Below are positions 19,299-28,188 of a DNA stretch of 64,000 nt, one piece after another. Each line of letters begins with the position of its first letter. The stretch's first letter is position 1. Origin of the DNA: Candidatus Omnitrophota bacterium (GTDB taxonomy: Bacteria > Omnitrophota > Gorgyraeia > 2-01-FULL-45-10); the NCBI GenBank assembly GCA_003142795.1, contig PLNN01000017.1, forward strand, positions 512 through 64,511. The letters run 5' to 3'. The notes beneath the pieces are model-generated. The model did not search any database, had not been told where the DNA came from, and saw only the letters and a program-made list of their open reading frames with translations. Position numbers and translations under genes: made by a program.

Positions 19299-19729
19299 CT
19301 TCCCTCAGTCACTTCAACGAGTTCTATAAAAACTCCGTCCGGGTCCATGCAAAACGCTATCTTAGCGTATCCATCCGGAGATAACTTCGGCGATGAAACG
19401 AAATCAACGCCTTCCCCCAGAAGCCTCTTATACTCTTTCTCTATATCATCCACGGTAAAAGCTATGTGCGATAGCCCAATGTCATGCAGCTTTTTTTCGA
19501 CTCCCCGATTGGGATGAGAATGAAAATATAAAAGCTCAATAAGATTACCGTTATCCGTGGCCATCTTTACCGTTGTAAGCCTGGAATCCCGTAGACCACA
19601 CACCTTGTCGATATAGCCACTCGATTCGTCTGAACGCTTGGCTATCTTTAAGCCGAGAAGTTCTCCGTAAAAATATACAGCTTTTTCCAGATCCGATACC
19701 ACTATCCCGGCGTGACGCATGGCTTTCAT
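19295..19729 (-). CDS. VOC-family (glyoxalase/bleomycin-resistance/epimerase-like) protein
   Basis: 144 aa. MRHAGIVVSDLEKAVYFY..LGL N-terminus is typical of a VOC beta-alpha-beta-beta-beta module. Confidence 0.6.
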   Translation of the reverse strand: MKAMRHAGIVVSDLEKAVYFYGELLGLKIAKRSDESSGYIDKVCGLRDSRLTTVKMATDNGNLIELLYFHSHPNRGVEKKLHDIGLSHIAFTVDDIEKEYKRLLGEGVDFVSSPKLSPDGYAKIAFCMDPDGVFIELVEVTEGR

Positions 19730-21135
19730 TGGATGGACTCCCTTTCGATCTCAGCGACAGACTCCTCGAGCGCCGTTATGCCGTCGAAGAGCGCAGCGTC
19801 CGGAATGGTTAGGGGGGGGCCGATCTTTATGGATTCTCTGCCCGTATGCACTAACAACAAGCCCTTCTGCATAGCCCTTTCGCATACCATACTTGGAAAG
19901 ATGCAGTCCGGAGATCCGGTTTTCGGATCTTTAAACAACATGGCCGCCAGGAGTCCCTTCCCAAAAACATATGACACTCTATGCGGATATTTTTCTTTTA
20001 TCCTGTTCAGCTCTCTATGCAATATAATCCCTTTTCGCGCGGATTCTTTTACAAGATCCTTCGATTCGATAACCTGCAGGTTTGCAAACGCGGCAGCACA
20101 GCAAAGGGGATTCGCAGAATGAGTACTGCTCATAGAACCCATATCCGGCAGATCCATTATATTCCTGCGCCCTATTATAGCGGACAGCGGTAGCGAACCG
20201 CTTATGCCCTTACCAAGGCATACGAGATCGGGCTCCACCCCGTAATGCTGATACGCGAATAATTTACCGGTCCTGCCAAATCCGCCCTGAATATCATCGA
20301 ACGTAATGAGACAATCGTGCTCTTTCGCGAATACCGCGAGCATTTTTACGTAAGGTACCGGAAAGAATAATGCTCCCCAGCCCATATAAGATTCCAAAAT
20401 AAAACCGGCTATTTTCCTGAAATCGAGGCCCTTTTTCTTTAATGACACCATGTCATCGGCAAAGCGCTTTTCCCATACACCTCTACTTATTCTGCCATTG
20501 GAGCCTGATCCGATAAGCCAGGGATAAGGGAATGGCATATTGAAAATATTCGGGTCTCTATAGCCGATCCACGCGGAAGAATCGGTATCACCTTTAAGCA
20601 TTTCGGCGGCCATGGTTCGGCCATGCATGGACCCTTTGAAAGATATAACCGCGACTTTCGATTTATTGATAGTTTGACCGCGCATTCTCATGAGCTTGAC
20701 GGCACATTCCGTAGCCTCTGTCCCTGCAGACAATAGGAATGCTTTATTAAGATGCTTTGGTGCGATCTCTACCAATTTTTGCAGGAACCTTGCGCGAGGC
20801 TTATTGGCAAATGTGTAAGTATGGAGCAATTCTTTATCCAGCTGCTTACGAAGCGCGGATATGATATCCTCGTTTGCGTGGCCTGTATTGGTAACAAATA
20901 TCGTTGATGTAAAATCTATCCAGCAATTCCCATAAGGATCATAGACTTGAAAATCCTTTGCCCTGTCCCAGACCACGGGCAATTGGCCATGCATCGATCT
21001 TGACTCGTATTTTCCAAGTTTGTCGAATATCCTGGAAGACCCCGGAGGAGGGATCCTTGTCCTTATTTTTCTATATTTGGAATCGATCAACGGGACTCTT
21101 TTCGGTTCCTGACAAAATTTGAATCCTGACATCAC
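19726..21135 (-). CDS. class III (GSA-aminomutase-like) PLP-dependent aminotransferase
   Basis: 469 aa. Fold-type I class III signature regions (VTNTGHANEDI, LSAGTEATECAVKL, DDIQGGFGRTG). Confidence 0.7.
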   Translation of the reverse strand: MMSGFKFCQEPKRVPLIDSKYRKIRTRIPPPGSSRIFDKLGKYESRSMHGQLPVVWDRAKDFQVYDPYGNCWIDFTSTIFVTNTGHANEDIISALRKQLDKELLHTYTFANKPRARFLQKLVEIAPKHLNKAFLLSAGTEATECAVKLMRMRGQTINKSKVAVISFKGSMHGRTMAAEMLKGDTDSSAWIGYRDPNIFNMPFPYPWLIGSGSNGRISRGVWEKRFADDMVSLKKKGLDFRKIAGFILESYMGWGALFFPVPYVKMLAVFAKEHDCLITFDDIQGGFGRTGKLFAYQHYGVEPDLVCLGKGISGSLPLSAIIGRRNIMDLPDMGSMSSTHSANPLCCAAAFANLQVIESKDLVKESARKGIILHRELNRIKEKYPHRVSYVFGKGLLAAMLFKDPKTGSPDCIFPSMVCERAMQKGLLLVHTGRESIKIGPPLTIPDAALFDGITALEESVAEIERESIQ

Positions 21136-21890
21136 TATCTCCCTTTTACTGAACCGGCCATTAGTTCTTTGTAAAGACTGCCGGGCGACCTGCCTATCTG
21201 ATACTCCAGATAGTTAAAATCTTCAATCGTATCCACTTCGGCCACTCTTGGCGTAACAAATCCGAGTATACGCGGGCCATGAAGTCTATTATTTTTTTTC
21301 ACATAATCCGTTCTTATTATATCCACATAACCGTTCGGATGATAGGCTGTGGCAAAAGCCTGCCTCGGAAGGTTATAATATTCAGGGCGTGGGTCATCAG
21401 GAAAGATCCCGGTCAGGTACCCCTGGCTATTTATCCGGAACATCTTTTCCGGAGCTTCAGGCAATTCATGGACCGATCTCAGCGATGTTGCCTCGCCTGA
21501 ATTAAGAATAGCGCTTATGGCATTTTCCATGACCGTGGACTCGCGAAGAGGCGTCGTGGGCCTGATATGTACCAGTAATTCCGGAGAACGCCCTTCGTGC
21601 TCGACAAACCAATTGATCGCATGCAATACAAACTCTATATCCCCCGACAAGTCCCCTGCGAGTTCTTTCGGCCGCATGAAAGGTACCTCGGCGCCGTAAG
21701 TCTTGGAGATCTGCGCTATCTCTTCGGAATCCGTAGATACTACCGTCCTATCTATCTTGCCGCAGATACGGCATGCAATTATTGAATATGCGATGAGCGG
21801 ATGCCCGCCAAGAGTTTTTATATTCTTTCCCAGAACACCTTTTGAGCCGCCTCGCGCCGGTATTATAGCCACGATATTTTGCTTAGACAC
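21135..21890 (-). CDS. NeuA-like acylneuraminate cytidylyltransferase (CMP-sugar synthetase, copy 3)
   Basis: 251 aa. VAIIPARGGSKGVLGKNIK motif. Confidence 0.7.
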   Translation of the reverse strand: MSKQNIVAIIPARGGSKGVLGKNIKTLGGHPLIAYSIIACRICGKIDRTVVSTDSEEIAQISKTYGAEVPFMRPKELAGDLSGDIEFVLHAINWFVEHEGRSPELLVHIRPTTPLRESTVMENAISAILNSGEATSLRSVHELPEAPEKMFRINSQGYLTGIFPDDPRPEYYNLPRQAFATAYHPNGYVDIIRTDYVKKNNRLHGPRILGFVTPRVAEVDTIEDFNYLEYQIGRSPGSLYKELMAGSVKGR

Positions 21891-21905
21891 GTCTTCTCCT
21901 TATTA

Positions 21906-22703
21906 TCAGGGTGAGGTCGGCACTCCCCAGAAATGGCAGTATGAACAGAGAGGGACCATATCCCTTTTACCCTGCTTGTGGTATTCAAGCCACTCCAGGC
22001 GCTTATCGCCGTTCCATATGTCCTCTAGAGACTGCTCATGCAGGTTCCCGATGACGCCCAGCTTCTTCGGGTCAAAACGCACGCATATGGACACATTGCC
22101 TTCCCGGCTTATACACAAATGCCCCAGGAGATCCCAGCATATCCCAACCTCCGGTATAGTAGGGCTTCTCTTGCTATAAGCGAAACTGCCCATCTTGGCA
22201 TGGAGCACGCGCTTTATTATCAGGGCTCCGAGTTTTTCATACTTAGATGGATCCACATCTCCTATTAATCGCAGGCTTGTAAAAGGCTTTTTGTCACCCT
22301 TGATACTTAAAAATTCTTTTATGACCTCAAACTGCTCGGGAGCTTCTTCATCATTTTCAAACACAGAGATTGATATCGTATCAAGGTTGTCAATGATCTC
22401 ATCCGCTTTTTCCACTATTAATTTACCGTTCGTGACGATATTCTTTATCTGATCTTTAAACAAGCTTACGGCTTCACCAAAACGCGGATATAACAAAGCC
22501 TCGCCGTCCTTGTGAAACTGCACGATTATGTTGGGAGGTAATTGACCTGATATCTTGCGAACAAGCTCAAAATCCATATCGCCATAATCCATGGCGAGCT
22601 CGGGATAATCCTTATCCACCTTGCGCCGGCCGCACATCCAGCATTTCTTGTTGCACCTGGAGGTCAGTTCTACATTAACGCACCCCAACCCGTAAAGTTT
22701 CAT
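21906..22703 (-). CDS. radical SAM/SPASM-type enzyme
   Basis: 265 aa. CNKKCWMCGRR radical SAM motif. C-terminal Cys cluster (CVRFD..CSYCHFWG). Confidence 0.6.
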   Translation of the reverse strand: MKLYGLGCVNVELTSRCNKKCWMCGRRKVDKDYPELAMDYGDMDFELVRKISGQLPPNIIVQFHKDGEALLYPRFGEAVSLFKDQIKNIVTNGKLIVEKADEIIDNLDTISISVFENDEEAPEQFEVIKEFLSIKGDKKPFTSLRLIGDVDPSKYEKLGALIIKRVLHAKMGSFAYSKRSPTIPEVGICWDLLGHLCISREGNVSICVRFDPKKLGVIGNLHEQSLEDIWNGDKRLEWLEYHKQGKRDMVPLCSYCHFWGVPTSP

Positions 22704-23584
22704 GCGACTTTAGCTCCTACCCTTCTAAGCTTCTTCATGATAGGGATCTCGCTATCGTATATCTTGATCTGCCCATCACCCTTAGCGGCTTCCCAATTCC
22801 TTATGTCAGCAACTAATCTGTTCAAGCCTTGTGGTTCAACTGACGCAGCCTGATCGCTGCCCCACATGGATCTGTCCAACGTTATATGGCGTTCCACAAT
22901 GCAAGCGCCCAGAACAACAGCCGCATATGTAGTATAAAGACCTACTTCATGACCGGAATACCCTATAGGAATGTCGTACCTCTCCATGAGCGTCTCTATA
23001 CCCTTCAGATTAAGCTCTTCGGTCTTAGATGGGTATGTGCTCGTGCAATGCATGATGATAAGGTTGTCAATCCCTACAACCCCCACTGCGTGATCGATTA
23101 TATTCATATCACTCATGCCGGTAGAAATGATAATAGGCTTCTTCTGCTTTCTGCAATATCTCAACAGGTTATCGTCCGTGATAGACGGTGAGGCGATCTT
23201 ATAGCACGGTGGGTCAAATTGCTTGATAAAATCCAGCGACTTTTCGTCCCAACATGACACAAACCAGGTAATTCCTTTTGATTTACAATAAGCGTCAATC
23301 TCTTTATATTCTTTTAATCCGAATTCCAATCCACGCTTCAAGTCACCATTCGTTGGTCCGAAAGGGTTTTCCCGCGGCTTTGCAAGCTCTTCAGCCGTAT
23401 AGACTACATCGACCGTCCGCTTCTGGAACTTAACGGCATCGCACCCGAATTTTACGGCAACATCGATCAGCTGCTTAGCCATGTCCAATGACCCATTATG
23501 ATTTATCCCTATCTCCGCTACAATATAACAAGGAAAATCATTACCTATTACGCTATTCCCGATCTTTACCGTCTTCCTGGACAT
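22700..23584 (-). CDS. NeuB-like sugar-PEP condensing synthase, short form apparently lacking the SAF domain
   Basis: 294 aa. FPCYIVAEIGINHNGSLDMAKQLIDVAVKFGCDAVKFQ NeuB hallmark. About 55 aa shorter than the pseI-like copy. Confidence 0.65.
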   Translation of the reverse strand: MSRKTVKIGNSVIGNDFPCYIVAEIGINHNGSLDMAKQLIDVAVKFGCDAVKFQKRTVDVVYTAEELAKPRENPFGPTNGDLKRGLEFGLKEYKEIDAYCKSKGITWFVSCWDEKSLDFIKQFDPPCYKIASPSITDDNLLRYCRKQKKPIIISTGMSDMNIIDHAVGVVGIDNLIIMHCTSTYPSKTEELNLKGIETLMERYDIPIGYSGHEVGLYTTYAAVVLGACIVERHITLDRSMWGSDQAASVEPQGLNRLVADIRNWEAAKGDGQIKIYDSEIPIMKKLRRVGAKVA

Positions 23585-23630
23585 GAGATCCTCCCATTTT
23601 TAACTTCTCAATTTCGACCAAAATATAACA

Positions 23631-24125
23631 TTAAAATAATTTCTCCGCCAGGCTCAACGCCTTCGATGCCAGGCTATTCATGTCTTCTATCTTTTTCAAT
23701 TTTTCATGATACGCTTTTACTATCTTTTTATCTTCCTCCGTCATATCGCCTTCTGACGAATGGATCAACTCTTTAAACTCTTCTATCATATCCGATACCT
23801 GCCCGATCCTTTTATGGATCCCGGCCTTAAGCTTATTCGCAGCTACTTTCCTGATGTCCGGATCAGCTTCATAATAATCTTTTCGGGAACCCTTTACCCA
23901 TACATTCTTGACGGCTCCCCATTTCTCTAATTCACGTATATTAAGGCTTATATTGCCTTTACTTGCACGAAGACGCTCTACAAGTTCATCCAGCGATAAT
24001 GGCTTATCACTCAGATAGAGCACAGCATATAACTGAGCTATAAATTGATTGAGGCCAAAGCTTCCAGCTAATTCACCGATACTCGCTATGAACTTATCCT
24101 GAGCCATCTCCAGCTTGTTATGCAT
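23631..24125 (-). CDS. GbsR/MarR-type winged-helix transcriptional regulator
   Basis: 164 aa. N-terminal wHTH followed by a coiled-coil tail; resembles GbsR-family repressors. Confidence 0.5.
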   Translation of the reverse strand: MHNKLEMAQDKFIASIGELAGSFGLNQFIAQLYAVLYLSDKPLSLDELVERLRASKGNISLNIRELEKWGAVKNVWVKGSRKDYYEADPDIRKVAANKLKAGIHKRIGQVSDMIEEFKELIHSSEGDMTEEDKKIVKAYHEKLKKIEDMNSLASKALSLAEKLF

Positions 24126-24222
24126 AAATAATCCTTTTCTATCGTTTAAAACGTTCTAAACGATAATACTCCTCATTAATTAAACTGTCAATCAAAAAAT
24201 GCTCATAAATTATCCGAACTTT

Positions 24223-24987
24223 CTATAAAGAACTGCCATCATCTTTTTCCAATTTGAACGCCCGTTTCGTCTCATAGACAATACGGTGTAGCGGCATCTG
24301 TTTTTCGGCCCGCAAAGTCTGCGGCCGGGAGACCGGTCCCATATTATTAAAAAATTCTTTATACGGCACTCCGTCTATATATATATGATCGATGTCATCT
24401 CCTTTGACTAAAGATGGTTTTTTTAATATATCCTCTACGCTTGCTATCTCGCCATTGTCGGCTATGAAATACCTGGCCCGGTAGGCATCAAAGACACGCC
24501 ACTTACCATTAAGCAACACAAACGATATGGGATAAGTAGTTTTATGTTCCCTATCCCTGATTTTTCTCCAAAAGGCCGGTATCCCGGCATAAGTACAAAG
24601 CGTTGTAAAAACATCTTGAAACTGTTCGGGTACTCCATAACCCCTGACAATGATATAAAGAATATGGTCGTCCATTACAGGCATACCAGGAGGAACATCT
24701 TTTATATTCTGGTGAGTCCATCTCAATAGCGCTAATACTTCCTTCCCGTTATCGTCGTATCCGGCCGTGATCTCTTTTGCCATTCTGCCATATTCATAGT
24801 GTCGCGCTAAAAACTCGGTCCATTTGATATAAAGCGGCATTTTGATCTGCCGGCATTGCCAATCCTTCCCTACCGTTATAGATGTATTTAAATTTAGCAC
24901 TGCTCCAATTATCGTAATGGACAATAAAGATATAAAAATGAACTTAAGTTTCTTTATCTTCACAATGTTTTCTTTCGTTTTTATCAT
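24223..24987 (-). CDS. membrane-anchored transglutaminase-like (Cys-His-Asp) protein
   Basis: 254 aa. N-terminal TM helix. LCTYAGIP then HKTTYPISFVLLNGKWRVFDA matches the transglutaminase-like C..H..W..D spacing. Confidence 0.4.
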   Translation of the reverse strand: MIKTKENIVKIKKLKFIFISLLSITIIGAVLNLNTSITVGKDWQCRQIKMPLYIKWTEFLARHYEYGRMAKEITAGYDDNGKEVLALLRWTHQNIKDVPPGMPVMDDHILYIIVRGYGVPEQFQDVFTTLCTYAGIPAFWRKIRDREHKTTYPISFVLLNGKWRVFDAYRARYFIADNGEIASVEDILKKPSLVKGDDIDHIYIDGVPYKEFFNNMGPVSRPQTLRAEKQMPLHRIVYETKRAFKLEKDDGSSL

Positions 24988-26117
24988 TGTTCATTACGGA
25001 TCTGCCGGAGTATCTCCAAATACTTTGGTGCATTCACCTTAACTGAATAATTTTCCTCAACCGTCTTTCTGGCCGCCAGCCCTATCTTCGCCCTGAGATC
25101 CCGGTTATTGATCAGTAACGATAATTTCTCGATCCACTCTTCATCGGTTCTGGCAAGATAACCATTAATGCCTTCCTTCACTATTTCTTTATTCGTGCCA
25201 AGGCTTGAAACAACACATGGTATTCCTACGCTCATATATTGAATGGTCTTAAAACCCGTTTTACCTAATATCCATTCGTTGTCAGGCAAAGGATAAACGC
25301 CTATATCAAGCGATTGAAACTCGCCTATCTCGTCTTCCAGACGCCAATCTTTATATATGACATTAATGCCGGTTATATCTATGACCTTTGTCGAAGCGCC
25401 GATGATCTTCAGCTCAAATTTATGCTCTAAACTAAGACGATTGAACACGTCTTTTAATTGAGCAAGATATGGCGTAGTGCTGTGGCTGCCTATCCAGCCG
25501 ATAGTTACATTTTTCTTCACGTCACCATCGGTGTGTTTAGGGAAAAACCTCTCTGTGTCTACGGATGTGTGTATCGGGGTAACATTCGCGTTAAACCGTC
25601 TTGCATAATCAGCCAGGTATTTGTTACAAGTTATTATATGATCACTCATTTTTATTATCTTTTCGATCTTGGATGGCATTTTCAGGAATTTTATGAATTG
25701 ATTGGCCGAACTGGTCTTCCCCAGATAGATCGCGTCATCCAGGTCATATATGATCTTTTTCCCCAACCTCTTAAATATCCATTCAAAAACCGCCGGGCCG
25801 AAAGGATATGTTTCCAGATGAATAAAAATTATATCGCACCTTAGCGCGGTGAATATATCAAAGAGTCTCTTAATGCTGCTATTGAGAAAAAATATTGCCT
25901 TCTTAAGATAGAGCCCTTTCTTGTAGATTATTTTATAAAATCCTGAGGAGATAAAAGGCCTCACTATGCATTCCACTCCGCTCCTCTCTAAATAAGGTAT
26001 ATATTGCTCGATCCTATAGCGGCTGCTCGGGCCTTCTGTCGGATATGGTTCGATGAATAACACTCTCATGGTTACTCCAGGATCTTTCCAACGTATTTTT
26101 TCAACGAATCCTCCCAC
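24984..26117 (-). CDS. GT4-family (GT-B) glycosyltransferase
   Basis: 377 aa. C-terminal EGINGYL..E-x7-E-like motif of GT4 retaining transferases. Confidence 0.65.
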   Translation of the reverse strand: MGGFVEKIRWKDPGVTMRVLFIEPYPTEGPSSRYRIEQYIPYLERSGVECIVRPFISSGFYKIIYKKGLYLKKAIFFLNSSIKRLFDIFTALRCDIIFIHLETYPFGPAVFEWIFKRLGKKIIYDLDDAIYLGKTSSANQFIKFLKMPSKIEKIIKMSDHIITCNKYLADYARRFNANVTPIHTSVDTERFFPKHTDGDVKKNVTIGWIGSHSTTPYLAQLKDVFNRLSLEHKFELKIIGASTKVIDITGINVIYKDWRLEDEIGEFQSLDIGVYPLPDNEWILGKTGFKTIQYMSVGIPCVVSSLGTNKEIVKEGINGYLARTDEEWIEKLSLLINNRDLRAKIGLAARKTVEENYSVKVNAPKYLEILRQIRNEQ

Positions 26118-27031
26118 CGGGGCATATGATCCAACCCCAGAAGCTTCAGCTTATAATTCTCCAGGGCTTCCGAATCACCGCGCGGGGCCGGCAATGGGAA
26201 AGCATCTGAAGTAACGGGCTTGACCGTCACTCCTTTTTTCCCGATATATTCCACTATCTTCAACGCAATATCGAATCTAGTGCATACTCCCTGGTTTGCC
26301 ATATGGAATGTCCCATAATGGCCTGTCTTGATCACCCGCAACAAATTTGCAGAGAAATCTTCCGTAAAGGTCGGCGTTCCTTTCTTATCTATAACAGCGG
26401 ATATATCGTTCTTATCTTTCAGGATATTCACTATTTTGCCCACGAATTTTTTGTCCTTCTTGCCTCCGCCTATCATCCATCCCGCCCTGAAGATGAAATA
26501 GTTTGTAAGTGCTTTTTCTATCATCTGTTCCGCTTCTACTTTAGTTTTTCCGTAAAAATTTACCGGGTTAGGCTTATCGGTTTCTCTGAAAATATCTTTG
26601 CTCTTCCCGTCAAATACAGCGCCCGTACTTATAAATACAAGCGGTATGCCCAAGGCCTTGCAGGCTATGGCTATATTCGCCGTGGCTTCGGTATTGGTCA
26701 GAGACGCGTGCTTCCGGTCTATTTCGCATTTATCTACATCGGTTTCGGCAGCCAGATGTATTATTAACGATGGATTTACCTTCTTGATATAATCATTCAC
26801 CTTCTCTTTTTCACGCACATCTAAAGCATCTATTGACTTGCTATCGGGCGCCAAGTCAGTTGGATAGACCTGAAATCCGCCTTTTAATAAGGCCGGGCAC
26901 AGGTCGTTGCCAAGCATTCCGGATGCACCGGTAACCAATGTTCTCGTCATTTTATTAATCCTCGATATATTTTGTAATATTTTTCTACCCCTTTTTCTAC
27001 GGAGAGATATCTCTCCGCCACATCCCTGCAC
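26072..27031 (-). CDS. NAD(P)-dependent sugar epimerase/reductase (RmlD/SDR-like)
   Basis: LVTGASGMLG Rossmann motif. The real start is probably the internal Met (MTRTLVTG) near 26949, overlapping the upstream GT4 stop. Confidence 0.6.
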   Translation of the reverse strand: MQGCGGEISLRRKRGRKILQNISRINKMTRTLVTGASGMLGNDLCPALLKGGFQVYPTDLAPDSKSIDALDVREKEKVNDYIKKVNPSLIIHLAAETDVDKCEIDRKHASLTNTEATANIAIACKALGIPLVFISTGAVFDGKSKDIFRETDKPNPVNFYGKTKVEAEQMIEKALTNYFIFRAGWMIGGGKKDKKFVGKIVNILKDKNDISAVIDKKGTPTFTEDFSANLLRVIKTGHYGTFHMANQGVCTRFDIALKIVEYIGKKGVTVKPVTSDAFPLPAPRGDSEALENYKLKLLGLDHMPRWEDSLKKYVGKILE

Positions 27032-28188
27032 CGCTTCCGCAAGACCTCGCCTTCCTGCTTTAGCGACAATAATCGACGCGCGGCTTCCTCGTAACTGGGA
27101 ACGGTAAAATCCTTGATCACGACGCCGACGTTATTATCCGTCACGATCTCAGCCGTATCCCCGATCCCGGCATTTATTACTACGGGAACTCCCGAAGCAA
27201 GGAATTCTCCCATTTTGATAGGAGATGATCCTATTTTTTCATGCGAATTTATAAAAAATATTCCCGAATCGGCAATCCTATAATATTTTGGCATTTCCTC
27301 AAAGCACGACCCCTCCAACACGCGTATGGCATCACCTGCTATCCCATGCTCACTGGCCTTCTTTAGCACAGATCCTGCGTTTTCAGGGGTCAATATGAAA
27401 AATATGGCATTGCTCATTTCGGAATAAACGGCCTCGAAGAAGTCGAGCATCTGATCCATAAGATAGAACGACCCTATCTTCCCGGGATACATAAATACGA
27501 ATTTACCCGCGAGCCCGAGACTCTTTTTAAAGCCGTCCTCATCTTTCGCGGCATAATTGAACTTTTCCAGATCGACGCAGCAAGGGATAGCTTCCATCGG
27601 GATATTCCTGCATGACAGAAATGGGATCTTTTTGTTATACTCAAGATGCTTGTTGGTAAGGACGGTTACGGCATCCGCTATCTTTAGAAGACTGTCCTCG
27701 GAATTTTTAGCCAGCCTGAAAGGTATGCTATTATAAGTCCATAGCCCGCCGCCTACATACTCCTCGGCCAGACGTCCCCTCATGTCAAATATCAACTTCA
27801 CCCTGAACATCTTGGATAGGAATATCATTATAGAGCCGGGCGTAACGCCTCTCACGTGGACCATCTTTACATTTCTGGTTATTATAAGATAAGAAGAATA
27901 AATCGCCCCCGCAAAGAGATCGAAAAGGGTCGACAGTATTTTCGGATTCTTATGATACCGCATATATTTCCACTCGATGCCCTTAGAAAAAAGATCGGAT
28001 CTCGTCTTAAGGATCTTAGCCTTACCGCTCTTGGCAAGATCGTTCTTTTTTTCGTACGTAAGCAGGACGAATTCAAATCCTCTTCCGTTTAGCCTCTCAA
28101 GATATGGTATGACCTGCGACCCCACGAGCGGCTCGAGAAGACCATTGTAAGACAAAAATAGCACTTTTACCTTATCTGCCTTTTCCAT
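26947..28188 (-). CDS. GT4-family glycosyltransferase
   Basis: 413 aa. GT-B two-domain layout; GT4-like C-terminal motifs. Confidence 0.6.
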   Translation of the reverse strand: MEKADKVKVLFLSYNGLLEPLVGSQVIPYLERLNGRGFEFVLLTYEKKNDLAKSGKAKILKTRSDLFSKGIEWKYMRYHKNPKILSTLFDLFAGAIYSSYLIITRNVKMVHVRGVTPGSIMIFLSKMFRVKLIFDMRGRLAEEYVGGGLWTYNSIPFRLAKNSEDSLLKIADAVTVLTNKHLEYNKKIPFLSCRNIPMEAIPCCVDLEKFNYAAKDEDGFKKSLGLAGKFVFMYPGKIGSFYLMDQMLDFFEAVYSEMSNAIFFILTPENAGSVLKKASEHGIAGDAIRVLEGSCFEEMPKYYRIADSGIFFINSHEKIGSSPIKMGEFLASGVPVVINAGIGDTAEIVTDNNVGVVIKDFTVPSYEEAARRLLSLKQEGEVLRKRCRDVAERYLSVEKGVEKYYKIYRGLIK

